From the NCBI GenBank assembly GCA_000092065.1, contig CP000581.1: DNA of 64,000 nucleotides, one strand, 5' to 3'. The DNA comes from Ostreococcus lucimarinus (taxonomy: Eukaryota). Both the position numbers and the translations under genes were made by a program. Below, piece after piece: positions 19,422-31,100 of the stretch. Positions within the stretch are counted from its first letter, which is position 1, and every line of letters begins with the position of its first letter. A model generated the notes under the pieces. The model made no database searches, was not told where the DNA came from, and saw only the letters and a program-made list of their open reading frames with translations.

Positions 19422-19502
19422 CGTCAGTGGGGGACGTGAGAGCGAATGTGAGGCGAAGTTGCGCAGGCGTTGCTACAAAGTTGCCGACTCCGGAGTGCTG
19501 TA

Positions 19503-20807
19503 CTACTTCCAAGTGATGATCGCGTTGAAGAACTCATCGTAAGATAACGAGTCATCGCCATCGACGTCAAAAATGTCGAAGACGATTTTGGCGACTTCGC
19601 GACTGAGGTTGACGCCGGCGGTGCGCTTGGCGATTTTTCTAAACTTTTCTCTGGTGATGGGCGCGCCGGAATCGGAGATTTCCTTCATCTCGGCCTGGAA
19701 CGCCCCATCACCGTGTTTTGCAATGCGAGCAAAGGCTAGGAACTCCGCGCGGCTGACTCGATTCTTAGCCTCGCGCCCCGGAAGTTCCTTGACTTTTTGC
19801 AAAAACGTCGCGAGGTGGTCCACCTTCGAGCCCGCGACGAGGGCGTATCCAAAGTCTCGCGGGGTAATGGAGCCCACGTTGTGATAGTCGTAATGCTTGA
19901 ATTCTAGGTCATCCATTTCCCAGCGAAGAGTTTGAAGAAACGAGTGAAAGTGCTTCAACTTTAATCTCTTGTTGCGCTTCGGGCCAAACAAATAATCCAA
20001 CAAGCCTTCGCCGACTTCGTCCACTCTGGCGACCCCCGTGTCCAAGCCCGTACGCATACCAGTTGCGTGCTTGACTTGCGTGCGCATATCCTTCATCATC
20101 GCCGTGAACTCTTCAACGTCTAAAGCACCGGAGCCATCGACGTCGTACCTGTGAAACGTCGACGTCGCTTGCTTCCGATCCGTCTTCAACAGCGTCATAA
20201 AGAATAAATACTCCGCGAAATCAAACAACCCGTTGTTATCGGTATCGAAAAGCTCGAATAACTTACTGCGCATCACTTCTGTGCTCACCTTCTTCCCCAG
20301 CTCAGCGCTCCCATCCGTTTCACCGTGCAATTTCCCCGCTCGCGTCTCCCCGCTGCCCACCGCCGGGTGCAACGGTAACAACGATCGCACGAGATCGCTC
20401 AGCGTCATGTACGTGCTCCCATCTTGATGTACGCTCGCGAAGTAGTCAAAAACTTTTTCAGGCGGTGAAAACGCTCGCAATCGTCGTTCATAGCTAAAGA
20501 ACACATCCTGTTTGTACTCGTGCGAGAACCCGGAGTTGAGCTTGCCGAACTCGTTCGGGTAGTACTGCGCGCGTCGATCAAACCACTGCTGCCACGTCTC
20601 CTCCGGCCTCACGAGCGGTCCGTACGTGCGATCGAACGCGACGCCACCTCCCACGAGCGCGGCGACGCCGAGCGCGGCGCCGAACCCACCACCGCCACCA
20701 CCACCGCCGTTCGCATTCGTGGAATTATGACGCGAGATAATCGCCGACGCGCGCGTCAACGCGGTCGCGTGACCGCGCGCGGTGCGCCGCGCGATGACGC
20801 CGAACAT
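19503..20807 (-). CDS. MICU: mitochondrial calcium uptake protein (MICU1-like, EF-hand regulator of the uniporter)
   Basis: The N-terminus is a presequence (MFGVIARRTARGHATALTRASAIISRH) followed by a Gly tract. The MICU-type block is YERRLRAFSPPEKVFDYFASVHQDGSTYMTLSDLVRSLLP. Two canonical EF hands are present: DTDNNGLFDFAEY and DVDGSGALDVEEF. Confidence 0.6.
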   Translation of the reverse strand: MFGVIARRTARGHATALTRASAIISRHNSTNANGGGGGGGGFGAALGVAALVGGGVAFDRTYGPLVRPEETWQQWFDRRAQYYPNEFGKLNSGFSHEYKQDVFFSYERRLRAFSPPEKVFDYFASVHQDGSTYMTLSDLVRSLLPLHPAVGSGETRAGKLHGETDGSAELGKKVSTEVMRSKLFELFDTDNNGLFDFAEYLFFMTLLKTDRKQATSTFHRYDVDGSGALDVEEFTAMMKDMRTQVKHATGMRTGLDTGVARVDEVGEGLLDYLFGPKRNKRLKLKHFHSFLQTLRWEMDDLEFKHYDYHNVGSITPRDFGYALVAGSKVDHLATFLQKVKELPGREAKNRVSRAEFLAFARIAKHGDGAFQAEMKEISDSGAPITREKFRKIAKRTAGVNLSREVAKIVFDIFDVDGDDSLSYDEFFNAIITWK

Positions 20808-20945
20808 ATCGCGCGTTCGTGTCGGCGCTTTCGAGACGGCGCGCGGGCGCGCTCGACGACGTGTGCGGAGACCTCACGCATGGTTGGCGTTGGCGCGAGT
20901 AATCCAAACCAGAGCGCGCGGCGGCGAGCGAAGTACAAAAGTCAA

Positions 20946-23180
20946 CTACAAATGTCTACCGGCCACGCGGTGGGGCTCGGGAATGAGCGCCTTGGTGCGC
21001 GATAATCGAGCTACCGTGACGAGCTTGTTGTCGATGGGAATGCTCGGATCGGCGAGCTCCAAGACGTCGATGCGCACCGAACGCCACTCGTCTCGCGAAA
21101 AGAGATGTTGATGACGTTGAATGGCCTGGTACAATGAATTCAAGGCGTAAATTAACATGCCTTGCTGCACCGATCGACGCTCAGCGATCTTTAAGCTGGT
21201 TAAGGCGCGCTCGGCTTCGTGAAGGAGCATGCGCATCTCTTCCCGATGTTTCGAGCGACGACGATGAGCGGAGAGCGAGAGCGACGCCTTCATCGCGAGC
21301 ACCGTGGTGTACATGCCGAGAGCCGCGGGAAAACAAGCCATGAGGGAAAAGTTAAGGCGGTTCGCCCGCATGAGTTGATCCATTTGCATCAACGCACCTT
21401 CCATCTCTACTTTCATGACTTGCGTTTGTAGGAGAAGCAGTTGCATGAGATCTCCTGCGAGCATGTTCGTCAGCGGACTCTTGAGTTCTTCTTCGACACG
21501 AGCCGTCACGAGGCGCGTCGGGTCGGGGGTGACTAAGACCTTTTCTTCGCCCTCACCTTTGCTTCCGCCGCCCACGGACTTGTATGCGCGATAGAGAGAT
21601 TCAGAGTAACCCGGTCTCGACGCTTGTTTCGTGTATTCACCGAGCATGCGATCAAGAGACGCCTTACTTTCTTCCAATCTCTCTATCGCGTCGTCCGGGC
21701 GATCTGAGACAAACGCCGCCTTGAGCTCATCTCGCAACTCTTTCACGGGATCGAGAATGCGCATCTTCAGGAACGTGATGAATGCAGCCTTCGCCGCGTG
21801 TAACGTGTTATCCAGATCATCGCTTCCACACAGGCGACTGTGACGAATCATCACCGTCGTCGAAATCACAAACGTCGCGCTGCCAATCGTGTACAGCAAC
21901 CACCGTCTGACGTGCTTCGACGGCTTCGCGTGAACCTCCAAAGCATCGTGCGATGAGTCGCGAACTTCCGACCACTCTTGCTCGACGCGATTCAACGCCT
22001 GCCAAATCGTATCATTCACCTTTGGCAGAGAAAGTGGCCGACCGTTGACGACGAGAGGCTGTCGGAAGCGATGCGCGACCGCGGCGTCTTCGGGCTGCTT
22101 GCTCAAGTCCATGCTCGCCAACCGCTGCAAGCGGCTCAAAGGACGCGTCGGTCCCGGAGACAGATCGCGATCAAAGTCACCACTCGATCGCGTACTCGAC
22201 CGTGGTGTGGGCTCGGGCAAATCGGGCATCATATCTCGCAACCGCTTACCGTGACTCAATCGATGCAGAGACTTTAACAACTTTGGCGAGTCTCTCGCCG
22301 CGAGCCGCGACGAATTTGACACTTTTGCCAAGTCTCCCACGGTTTCTCTCGACTTCGTCGCGTACTCTTTCACTTGTTCTAAACACTCTAATAAGCCATC
22401 CGTGGCCTCGATGATCGCCTGCCGCGTCATCTCTCTCGACTCACCGCCCATGCTCGCGCTCAACGAACTCTCCCCGCTCGCGTTTGCGACGGTGTCCGCG
22501 TGATGATGCACGCGGCCGACGACGCTGGCCAAGCTCACCTGCAACTCATTCAACGCGTTCACTCGCCCATCGATGATCACTCGCGCGCTCGCGCTCGGAA
22601 GCGCAAACTTTGCGTCCGTCCCGTTCAACGCCGCGCGCGCGTGACACCATAAACGATACGTCCCTTCCCTCGCGAGCGCCACGAAATTACTCGGCCCCGT
22701 GTTGAACAGCAAAAACCGCGCCTGCCCGCTCGGTCGATCTCTCAACACCTCCCAAAAGCTCAGCGAGCTCGTCGCGACGTGTAAATCAAGCAACAACTCC
22801 CGACTCATGTCCTGCGCGAAAAACAACGTCGCTCGCGCGGCGTGTCCGAGGTCGCTCGCCTCGCTCGCCTCCTCCGCTCTGCTTTCGTCGCCGTCGAGCG
22901 CCGCCGACACCGCGAACGCGTCCCTCCACCACACCGCGCTCGCGCCCGTGCGTCCATCCTTATCGAAAAACACCGGCAGCGATTTCACCGCGCGCGCGCT
23001 CCTCGCGCCGCGCTCTCGCGCCCTCGCGCGCGCGTGCGTCGCTCGCTTTCGCAGCTCCTTGGCCACGTCCCAAAACGACCCGTGCTCCCCTCGCGCCCGG
23101 CGCTTCTCCTCGGCGGCGTCCAGGACGTCGCGCGCGACGTCCCTGAACAACCGCCGCACCGGCGGTCCGTCGCTCGCCAT
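20946..23180 (-). CDS. membrane protein of unknown function, possibly NCA2-like (nuclear control of ATPase 2 family) - weak
   Basis: The coding frame has normal composition from MASDGPPVRRLF... onward. It has hydrophobic segments (WLLYTIGSATFVISTTVMI; LMACFPAALGMYTTVLAM) and a conserved-looking C-terminus (QQGMLIYALNSLYQAIQRHQHLFSRDEWRSVRIDVLELADPSIP). The NCA2 assignment is a weak recollection. The ORF 5' end was trimmed from 23816 to the ATG at 23178-23180, because the upstream 212 codons are Arg-rich shadow and overlap the divergent JmjC gene. Confidence 0.3.
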   Translation of the reverse strand: MASDGPPVRRLFRDVARDVLDAAEEKRRARGEHGSFWDVAKELRKRATHARARARERGARSARAVKSLPVFFDKDGRTGASAVWWRDAFAVSAALDGDESRAEEASEASDLGHAARATLFFAQDMSRELLLDLHVATSSLSFWEVLRDRPSGQARFLLFNTGPSNFVALAREGTYRLWCHARAALNGTDAKFALPSASARVIIDGRVNALNELQVSLASVVGRVHHHADTVANASGESSLSASMGGESREMTRQAIIEATDGLLECLEQVKEYATKSRETVGDLAKVSNSSRLAARDSPKLLKSLHRLSHGKRLRDMMPDLPEPTPRSSTRSSGDFDRDLSPGPTRPLSRLQRLASMDLSKQPEDAAVAHRFRQPLVVNGRPLSLPKVNDTIWQALNRVEQEWSEVRDSSHDALEVHAKPSKHVRRWLLYTIGSATFVISTTVMIRHSRLCGSDDLDNTLHAAKAAFITFLKMRILDPVKELRDELKAAFVSDRPDDAIERLEESKASLDRMLGEYTKQASRPGYSESLYRAYKSVGGGSKGEGEEKVLVTPDPTRLVTARVEEELKSPLTNMLAGDLMQLLLLQTQVMKVEMEGALMQMDQLMRANRLNFSLMACFPAALGMYTTVLAMKASLSLSAHRRRSKHREEMRMLLHEAERALTSLKIAERRSVQQGMLIYALNSLYQAIQRHQHLFSRDEWRSVRIDVLELADPSIPIDNKLVTVARLSRTKALIPEPHRVAGRHL

Positions 23181-23285
23181 CGCGCGTCGCGAGGCGACGC
23201 GCGTCGCGCTCTGGCGTCGCCGCTCGCCCGCCGTCGCGTCGACCGGGACGGTCGCGTCCCGCACCGCGCGACGCGCGCGCCCGCG

Positions 23286-25139
23286 ATGCGCGCGGCGTCG
23301 ACGGCGTCGACGGCGTCGACGTCGGCGCCCTCGACGTCGGCGCCGACGCTCGGCGCGCGCGCGGCCGGCGCGCGCGCGCGCGTCGCCGTCGCGCTCGGTC
23401 GACCGCTGCGACCGAACGCGCGACGCGCGACGCTGAAGCCGCCGCCGATCGACCTCGAGGGAGGGGCGCCGACGGCGTGCGCGGAGATTGATTACGAACG
23501 CGACGTCGTCGCGGCGAACGTCGGCGCGCGCGCGCTCGGGGAAGCGCTCGCGCGGTTGCGCGAACCGCTGGTGGTCAGGGGCGGCGCGAAGGCGTGGCGC
23601 GCGAGCGGTCGGTGGACGCTGGAGACGCTCGTGCGAGAATACGGCGATTGGCGGTGCGACGTGCGCGTGATAGCGTCGCCGGAGACGAACGATGGACGGG
23701 AGTTCGTGTACTGCGAGGAGTCGCACGAGGCGGTGCGAGAGGGAAAGTTCGCGGCGCCGAGCGCGACGGCGACGATGGATTTCGCGACGGCGGCGGCTAA
23801 AGTTTTGAGATTTCACGGCGATGGGGCGTACGTGCAGTCAAAAATATCGGAGAAAATGACGCTGGAATGCGTCGGGGGAGTGAGCGATGCGTTCGGCGCG
23901 CTCGGTGAGGAGTCGCAGGAGCGCAGGCTGTGGCTCGCGCTCGCCGGGTCGGTGTCGCCGATGCATTTCGACGCGTCGACGAGCACGTTGGTCCAAGTCG
24001 GCGAAGGAACGAAGCGCATGCTTTTGTATCAACCATTCGCGCTTTCTGCGATTGACTTGTATCCAAATTGGCATCCTCTTCGTCGACGAGGAAGACGCTT
24101 CGCGCCGAAAGCCCTTGTTAGAGAGGCTATCATCGCGCCAGGAGACGCGCTCATTTTCCCTCCGCGCTGGGCGCACTACACTGAAAGTTGTGGCGATCGA
24201 GTGTCCGCATCGGTTACGCAGCGATTCAAGCACAGTCGCGGCATGAAGTACAGCGATGATATCGCAGGAAAATTTCAACGCTGGGCGAATAATCGCGACA
24301 GACCCAATGCGCTTGCGCGTCTCGTCTCCAGCGGGCTCGTGGAGTCTGACGTCGGCACAGTTTTGCCACGCAACGCACGCACGGGTGAAGTGATGCCGAT
24401 CGATTCGAGTGGTTGGGAAAGGTCGACAAATGTTGAGTGGCGCACTGCGGCGATCGAGTGCGCGACGATGATCAAAGAACACATCGCAGAGGGAGATTTA
24501 ATTGGGATTTATAGTCGTGGTTCCGTGGCAAATGGAACTGCGCGCAAAAATATTTCTGACGTTGACTTGATCGTCATCACTCGTCAACGCGGATTGGACG
24601 AAGACTTCGTGCGCGACGATTTACAGCAACGGTGGCTACCTCGTCACGCACACATGGTGAAGAAATGTGATGTTCGTTTTGAGTACGTCGCGTCGGAAGC
24701 AGAAATCGCAACGAGTGCTTCGGTGGATACTTTTGTCATCGCGACGCAAAGCGTAACCATTTTCGGATCACCCCTTCCAACTTCCCTGCCATCGAGCGCG
24801 CGAATTCCGAAGCCTCGAATTTTGGAAAGCGTGCAGGACGACGTCGACGCCGCGATTCGGCATGGTTCAGAACGCTCGCTCACGTGGGCGTTGAAACGTC
24901 TCATCAGGGCGTCCTACGAGAAGTATGCTTTGCCCGTTGATGGTGTTGAGTACACGAGAGATTTGTATCATTGCGTCAGATTAGCACTGCTGCACGCGAA
25001 TATTGATGTTACGAGCGAATTGACGACGGCCCTCGTGCTCTGCGTGCACTCGCCTCGTAAGGTGTGTGGCGATGTCTTGTGGAGAGCGCTGACCGAAGCC
25101 CTTTGTCGTCGTTTAGTAGCTGCGCTGAGTTGTATTTGA
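23286..25139 (+). CDS. JmjC-domain (cupin, Fe/2-oxoglutarate hydroxylase-type) protein fused to a C-terminal minimal nucleotidyltransferase (AadA/ANT-like) module
   Basis: The JmjC core has the Fe ligands HxD...H: LWLALAGSVSPMHFDASTSTLVQVGEGTKRMLLYQPF...GDALIFPPRWAHYTES. After a linker comes an NTase signature, DLIGIYSRGSVANGTARKNISDVDLIVIT (hG[GS]x9-13Dh[DE]h), then a helical tail: WALKRLIRASYEKYALPVDGVEYTRDLYHCVRLALLH. The ORF 5' end was trimmed from 22842 to the ATG at 23286. Confidence 0.6.
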   Translation: MRAASTASTASTSAPSTSAPTLGARAAGARARVAVALGRPLRPNARRATLKPPPIDLEGGAPTACAEIDYERDVVAANVGARALGEALARLREPLVVRGGAKAWRASGRWTLETLVREYGDWRCDVRVIASPETNDGREFVYCEESHEAVREGKFAAPSATATMDFATAAAKVLRFHGDGAYVQSKISEKMTLECVGGVSDAFGALGEESQERRLWLALAGSVSPMHFDASTSTLVQVGEGTKRMLLYQPFALSAIDLYPNWHPLRRRGRRFAPKALVREAIIAPGDALIFPPRWAHYTESCGDRVSASVTQRFKHSRGMKYSDDIAGKFQRWANNRDRPNALARLVSSGLVESDVGTVLPRNARTGEVMPIDSSGWERSTNVEWRTAAIECATMIKEHIAEGDLIGIYSRGSVANGTARKNISDVDLIVITRQRGLDEDFVRDDLQQRWLPRHAHMVKKCDVRFEYVASEAEIATSASVDTFVIATQSVTIFGSPLPTSLPSSARIPKPRILESVQDDVDAAIRHGSERSLTWALKRLIRASYEKYALPVDGVEYTRDLYHCVRLALLHANIDVTSELTTALVLCVHSPRKVCGDVLWRALTEALCRRLVAALSCI

Positions 25140-25196
25140 ATTATATTGTTTTTGTTTTTGTTGCAAAGCGTACGTGCTGTAGGTTTCTAGGTTAAC

Positions 25197-28100
25197 CTAC
25201 ATTTGCGCGAGGATAGCGCTCAAGGCCTCCGCATCGAGGCCCTTGAGTTCGCTCACGAATTGGGCGACTTGCGCGGCGCGTCCCTTGACCATGACATCCG
25301 CCATCACCTTATCAGAGCTGTTTTCAAGCAACGCAGCGACCGCACGGTCGTCGTTGGCGTTGACCCCCGAAGCAGCGATGGCATCTTCGACGAGAGCTTC
25401 GATTGACTTGTCGAGCTCAACGTCGCCAAGCTGCTCCTTGATCCTACTTGCTAACGCGTCCACGGCAAGTCTGCGCGTGAGCCTACCGTGGAAATAGCGG
25501 CGAGCGTTTTGCCACTCGACGACATCTCGAATGACTCCCTTGGCCTTCATGCGACCACTGCGATCGTGGAGATCGGCGAACTCGTGCGCGACTTGCGTGT
25601 ACATCGGCAAGAGGTTCGCTTCCCGCTTCTTGATCTCATCCTTGTTCTTCTCCGGATCCTCAGCCAAGTTGGCAAGGATCGGGTCCAACCGGTGCATCGC
25701 GGCGATCTGATCCTTGGAGCGGAACTTGACTTCGCAGATACCTGGCGGTTCGAGGATACCACCTCGAGATTCCTTATCCGCGTACATCTCCATTCTCGCT
25801 TCGTTGATGGTCGGGTCGACGACGACCCAAGCACCACCCCGAAGCTCACCGTTCGGCGGAATGTAGACGAACACCGGATGGCGGTACACTCGAAGTTCAT
25901 CGACAATCATCGCACCGAACTTCAAGATCTCTCCGTACATGTCCCGGGTACCGCCGCTGAAACCACGCCAGTTGGCAAAGATGAAGAGAGGCAAGTTTTC
26001 GGCGTTGTTGAAATCTCTGATAGCAGTCGCAGTCTTGTGAGCGCTGTCAGGGAACCACACTTGACCAGCTTGAGCCAAAACCGCTTCACGCGATTCCGGG
26101 TTGGCGGGGTCGGCGGGGATGCGTTGCTCCATCAAGCGAGTTTCGACGGCAATGACACCGCACGGAATACCACCAAGACGCGCTCGACCGGTGACAACGG
26201 ACTTACCCCAATCGGGCAACGTCTCAGTCCACGAGTTCACATCGAAGAAACCCTTAGCAAAAGCACCATTCGACTGCACACCCGCAAGCATGTTGCGAGG
26301 ATCGTACGGCGTCTTCGTCGGCATGAATTCAATGTCGCGATCGACCGGATCAGACGTGCGAAGCGCAGGCGCTTGCGACTTGGACGTGGCCGGAGTGTAC
26401 GACAACCACTTCAAGATGGACCGAACGCCCTCTTGGTCGTCAGACACTTGCAAGTGAGACACACCATTCGGCATCATGACTTGCGGGCCGCCGAGCTGAT
26501 CTTGGCTCGTGTAAACTTCACGGCCGAGCAGCTTGTTCAACGCCAAGTAACCGGTGAGGATGAGCGGACCATTCGTCATTTGAATGTTACGCTGGCCCAA
26601 GCGGCACAGGTAGGCACCGATACCGACAGATCGACCGGTGACGTAAGACAACGTGAAAGCGTCGGCGTACGCGGCGGATTGCTCGCCGGCAATCATACCG
26701 GAGCCTCGCAAGTTTTCGACACCGATGCCATGGATTTGACCGATGATGTCGGTAAGCTTCATGCGCGTTTCGCCACCCTCTACGATCTCTTCCGCCGCGA
26801 CGGTACCTTCCGGGAACACCTTATAATCGTCCGGAGTGAGGTAGAGGTACTTGAAACCCATGCCTGGATTGGAATCGTCAATCCACGCGATCTTGAAGTA
26901 CGGCTTGAGTTCCTCGACGAGACCGATGCGCGCGCCAGAGTTAGACGCGATGTACACTCGCGGCAAGCCCAAGTTGCGCGCATACTTGGAAACGGCGTCG
27001 TAGACATCGTCTTCCTTGACACCGAAAGAACCAGACATGTAGGTGCAATCATTACCGACGATGACGATTTCTCGGCCTTGGGGGTACTCGGGCGTTTTCA
27101 TAAAGCAATGCCAGCCAACCATGCCGACGTTGTTCGATCCCGCCGGGCGTTGTTCCTTCGTGAGCACTCCATCTTCGCCCAGGACGAGTTCGGAAGCACT
27201 GAAGAATTCACTTGGCATCGTACCACCGACATCGGCGACGTGAGCACGCCAGTCAAGAACCAAGGCCTTTTCGAAAAGACCGAGGAAGTCGAAAATGTAA
27301 GTCGTGCCGATCGCACGAGCCACGGCGCGCTTTTGTTGCAGAGCACCCGGTTGCGGATACGGCTCAAGGAAGCACGCTTGTTCTTCACCGTTCGGGCCGA
27401 GCATGCAGAACTGTTCGGCCTTGCCAGTCGTCGGCTCCAAATACTCCTTGTACATATCAACCTTCAACCACTGACCAGACATGGAGGTGGCCATGAGACG
27501 AAGCGGCACCTTCTCCTTGCCGACGCGGACGCGGATCTCAATTTCATCCACTCGTCGCGCGAGCAAAGACGCAGACTCGCGGCTGATGAAGTCGGCGAGC
27601 TTATTCTTCAGAGAAGAGATAGCAACGGAGAAGTTTTGTTCTTCGAGATGCGGCAAGAAGTTGACGTAAATTCTGGACGACGAAGCACCCTTGGCTCGGC
27701 TGTCCATCAGAGACAGAGACAACGCCTCGACGGCCTTGTCAAGAACACGCTCCAATCCGCCTTCCATGACATCCTTGGAATGAGAGAGACGGCGCAACAA
27801 CAAGTGCTTTGCTGGACCGCGCCGAGCACCGACCGAAGACTCACCGACGTACATGTGAAGATCACGGTTCACAGTCGGGAGACGAGTCAAGCCATAGTTC
27901 TCGAGACGAGCGAGTTCGAGAAGGTGAGCGACAGTGGGTCGTTCACCGCGGTACAGTAAGTCTTCCTTGAAATCCTTGGAAGAGTGGAACGTGTAGTACG
28001 ACGGAAGCTCGAGGTTCGCATACGCGAGAACGTTCACGAACTTAATGCCCATCGATTCAAGACGCGGCTTTTGCGTCGCGATGAAGGCCTCGAGATCACC

Positions 28101-31100
28101 CGGCAACGAATCGTCGGCGCTTTGTTGGCAAATTGCCACGTGAAGAACGTGCATTTGGTCGTTCGAAGCGCCGGCCGCCTTGATGGTGGCATCAAGTCGG
28201 TCCAAGATTGCGGTGAAACGCGACTTGGCTTCCGCAACATTGTCCACGCGCGCCAAAAGACCGCATCGGAGCGGGCTCTCATCCGGGAAAGTATTGAACT
28301 TGAACTGCCAGCTGATGGAAGTCATGCCATCATCGCGCGACACCGCGGTGCTGAGCACGTTGTGCGCACGGAAAACACGCTTGGCGTACACTTCAAGGGC
28401 AGCATTCTGCACCTTTTCATCCTTGTCCGCGAAGAGCGCAGGCAACAAATCAACGGCGAGAGTCGGCGACTCAACCAAAGACTGAAGACCACCCGCGCTT
28501 GCCTTGCCCCAGGTGCGCGACAACGGTTGCGAGCCGATGAGAATCTTCTTCAATTCTTCCAAGCGCTTGTCAATAGACGGCAAGCGACGCTCGATGAGAA
28601 TGTTGGACGCGACGACAGCGATATCGCCGTATTCGTTGCCGCGAAGCTTAGAGAGAGCTTCGATGTTTCCACGTAGAGAGTCGGAGATCGGGGCGTGATC
28701 GTCCGCCCATGAAATCGGACCTCGAGAAAGAACTCGCTGCGGCAAAGTCGGCGCTTGCTTCAATAGCGACAAGATGAGATCTTGACGCTGCTTGGATCGC
28801 ATATGCGCACGAACCTGATTCAACACCGGGGTCAAGTTGCTACTGTTCGAGCGAATCAATTGTTGCATGACAGCATCCATCGGCTTGCCTTCAAACACGC
28901 TTTCGACGCTGAGGTAACGTTGAATGATTTGCTCGAGCACAGTCGTCGCTCGTTCCCATCGGCCTTGATCTGCCGGAAGAGCAGTGAGGCAGTTGAACAA
29001 GTCAGAAACACATTCATCCGCATCGAGCTCATAACCGTCTAAGAGTAAGTTTACTCGCGCCACAGCAGCTTCGAGAGCTTCCTCCGGACCCGCCGGAGTA
29101 GACTCATCGGCGGGGATGCGAAGCGCACCAGAGAAAGTGCTGATCTTCTTTACCTTGCTCGGATCCTTCAACTCAAGCGACGCAAGCAAGTCACCGGCTT
29201 CGATAACGGCGCCAGCAGACTTGGCGTGAGACACATTGCCGCTTTCAGTGGCGATGAGGGGCATAACCATCTTCATCGCTTCGACTTCGGCGAACGGCTT
29301 CCCAGCCACGACTTCAGCACCGTCGTCTTGGAGGAAGCGAATGAGCTTACCAGTGACGTCGGTGCGAAGCTCAGATGGGTCGAAAACGTTCGGCAGTAGC
29401 CAAGTTTGACCGTCAAGAATCATTCTCAAGCCAAGCGGTTCCTCGAGACCCTCGACCTCGTGTTGTTCACCACCGAAAGTACCGACGAGGGCGCCATCCG
29501 GACGCTCGCGAAGCTTGGCTTCGATCTTCTGGCCTTCCGGAGTGACAATGCAGAAAGTATCCGGGCCCGGTCGAGTCACTTCGAAAGAGTACTTCGTGTC
29601 CTGGTACGTGATTTCGACCGGAAAGCGAATCATCTTGTCGACACCTTGCACAGACACCTGGCCCTTTTGCCAGAACTCCGTAAAGGCGCTCTCTTCAGCC
29701 TTCGCCATGTTGAAAGCACGGAACAAAGCAGCACCGACCACAATCATGTGCGGGTCTTGCTTGTTGGCGATTTCCTTCTTCGCGATCAACCCGTCCAACC
29801 AAGAGGTGTCGATGGTATTATCCTTGAACTCACCCGTTTCGAGAAGCTGAACCAAGTACTCGACGGCGGTGCGGATTTCACCGCGCACGACCATGCCCTT
29901 GAGAGCGAGCACGAGCGCCTTGCGCGCTTCGTTACGGGTTTTGCCAGATGCAAAGATGTGACCGAACTGGGAATCCGCAAACTCGTGTACGCCCCCATTG
30001 GTGCCGACAGAGAAGTAACCCCACACGTTGGGCGTAGACTGGAACTGCACGCGCTCGATGCCACCAGACGTCGGCTTGAAACCTTCATCCGGGTTCTCGG
30101 CGGTGATGCGCGCTGCGATGACGTGAGTTTGCGGCAAGATGTAATCTTCTTCCATGAAGTCAATACTGTCCGTCGTTTCCGTGTCACGCCCGTAAAAGGT
30201 TCGAATTTCCGGGATGCGCTCGAGCGGAATACCCATGGCAACTTGCAACTGCGTCGCGGGAAGGTTGACACCAGTGATGCCTTCCGTCACCGGGTGCTCG
30301 ACTTGCAAACGCGGGTTGAGTTCAAGGAAGAAGTACTTGTCTGTCGCTGCGTTGTACAAGTACTCAACCGTACCAGCACCAATGTAACCAATATTCTTTG
30401 TCAAACGCTGCGCTGCCTTTTCCATTTCTCTGAAAATTTCCGGCTTGGCAATCGTCGGAGGACCTTCCTCAAAGATCTTCTGGAATCGACGCTGCGTGGA
30501 GCAATCACGACCGTTCAAGGCAATGGCATTACCGTACTCGTCACCGACAATTTGCACTTCCAAGTGACGCGCCTGCGTACAAAGCTGCATCATGAACATC
30601 GGCGAGCCCGGGACTTCAGCCTTGACTTGCTCAAAGTTTGTTCGAAGCTGCTCTTCATCCGCGCTCATACGAATACCCTTACCACCACCACCTTCAGACG
30701 CTTTCAACATGACCGGGAAACCGATGCGTTTCGCCGCCGCGACGCACTCCTCGACCGTCGTGACCATCGCCTTGTTGAAAATTTCTTCCGGAATCGTGCC
30801 CTCCTCCGTCAACTCTGCGACGAGACCGTCGCCAGACCACGGAATAGACGGAACCTTGGCGGTTTGCGCCAAAATATTGGCCGCAATCTTATCGCCTAGC
30901 ACGCTCATCACCGGCGCAGTCGGGCCGATGAATTGCACGCCGATCGCCTTGAGCGAAGTCGGGAGCTTTGGATTCTCGGAAGCGTGACCCCATCCCGGCC
31001 AAACCGCGTCGACGCCTTCGCGCTTGGCGATTTCTGTGATCAAAGGCACGTTGGCGTAGTTGTTCTTGTTCGAACCACCCGGAACTTCGACGTAGTCATC

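Noticed and set aside
19419-19430. ACTGAC branch-like motif immediately 5' of the CD2BP2 ATG (minus strand)
   Set aside because: The motif sits only 2 nt before the ATG, and the upstream neighbour (MICU stop) is 81 bp away. There is no room for an exon and intron; it is treated as a chance occurrence.
22842-23816. Mutual 5' overlap of ORF 20946..23816(-) and ORF 22842..25139(+)
   Set aside because: The overlapping parts (Arg-rich: [18 protein letters not shown]; PRARVRRSLS...) are shadow translations. Both genes were trimmed to internal ATGs (23180 and 23286), giving a 105-bp divergent spacer.
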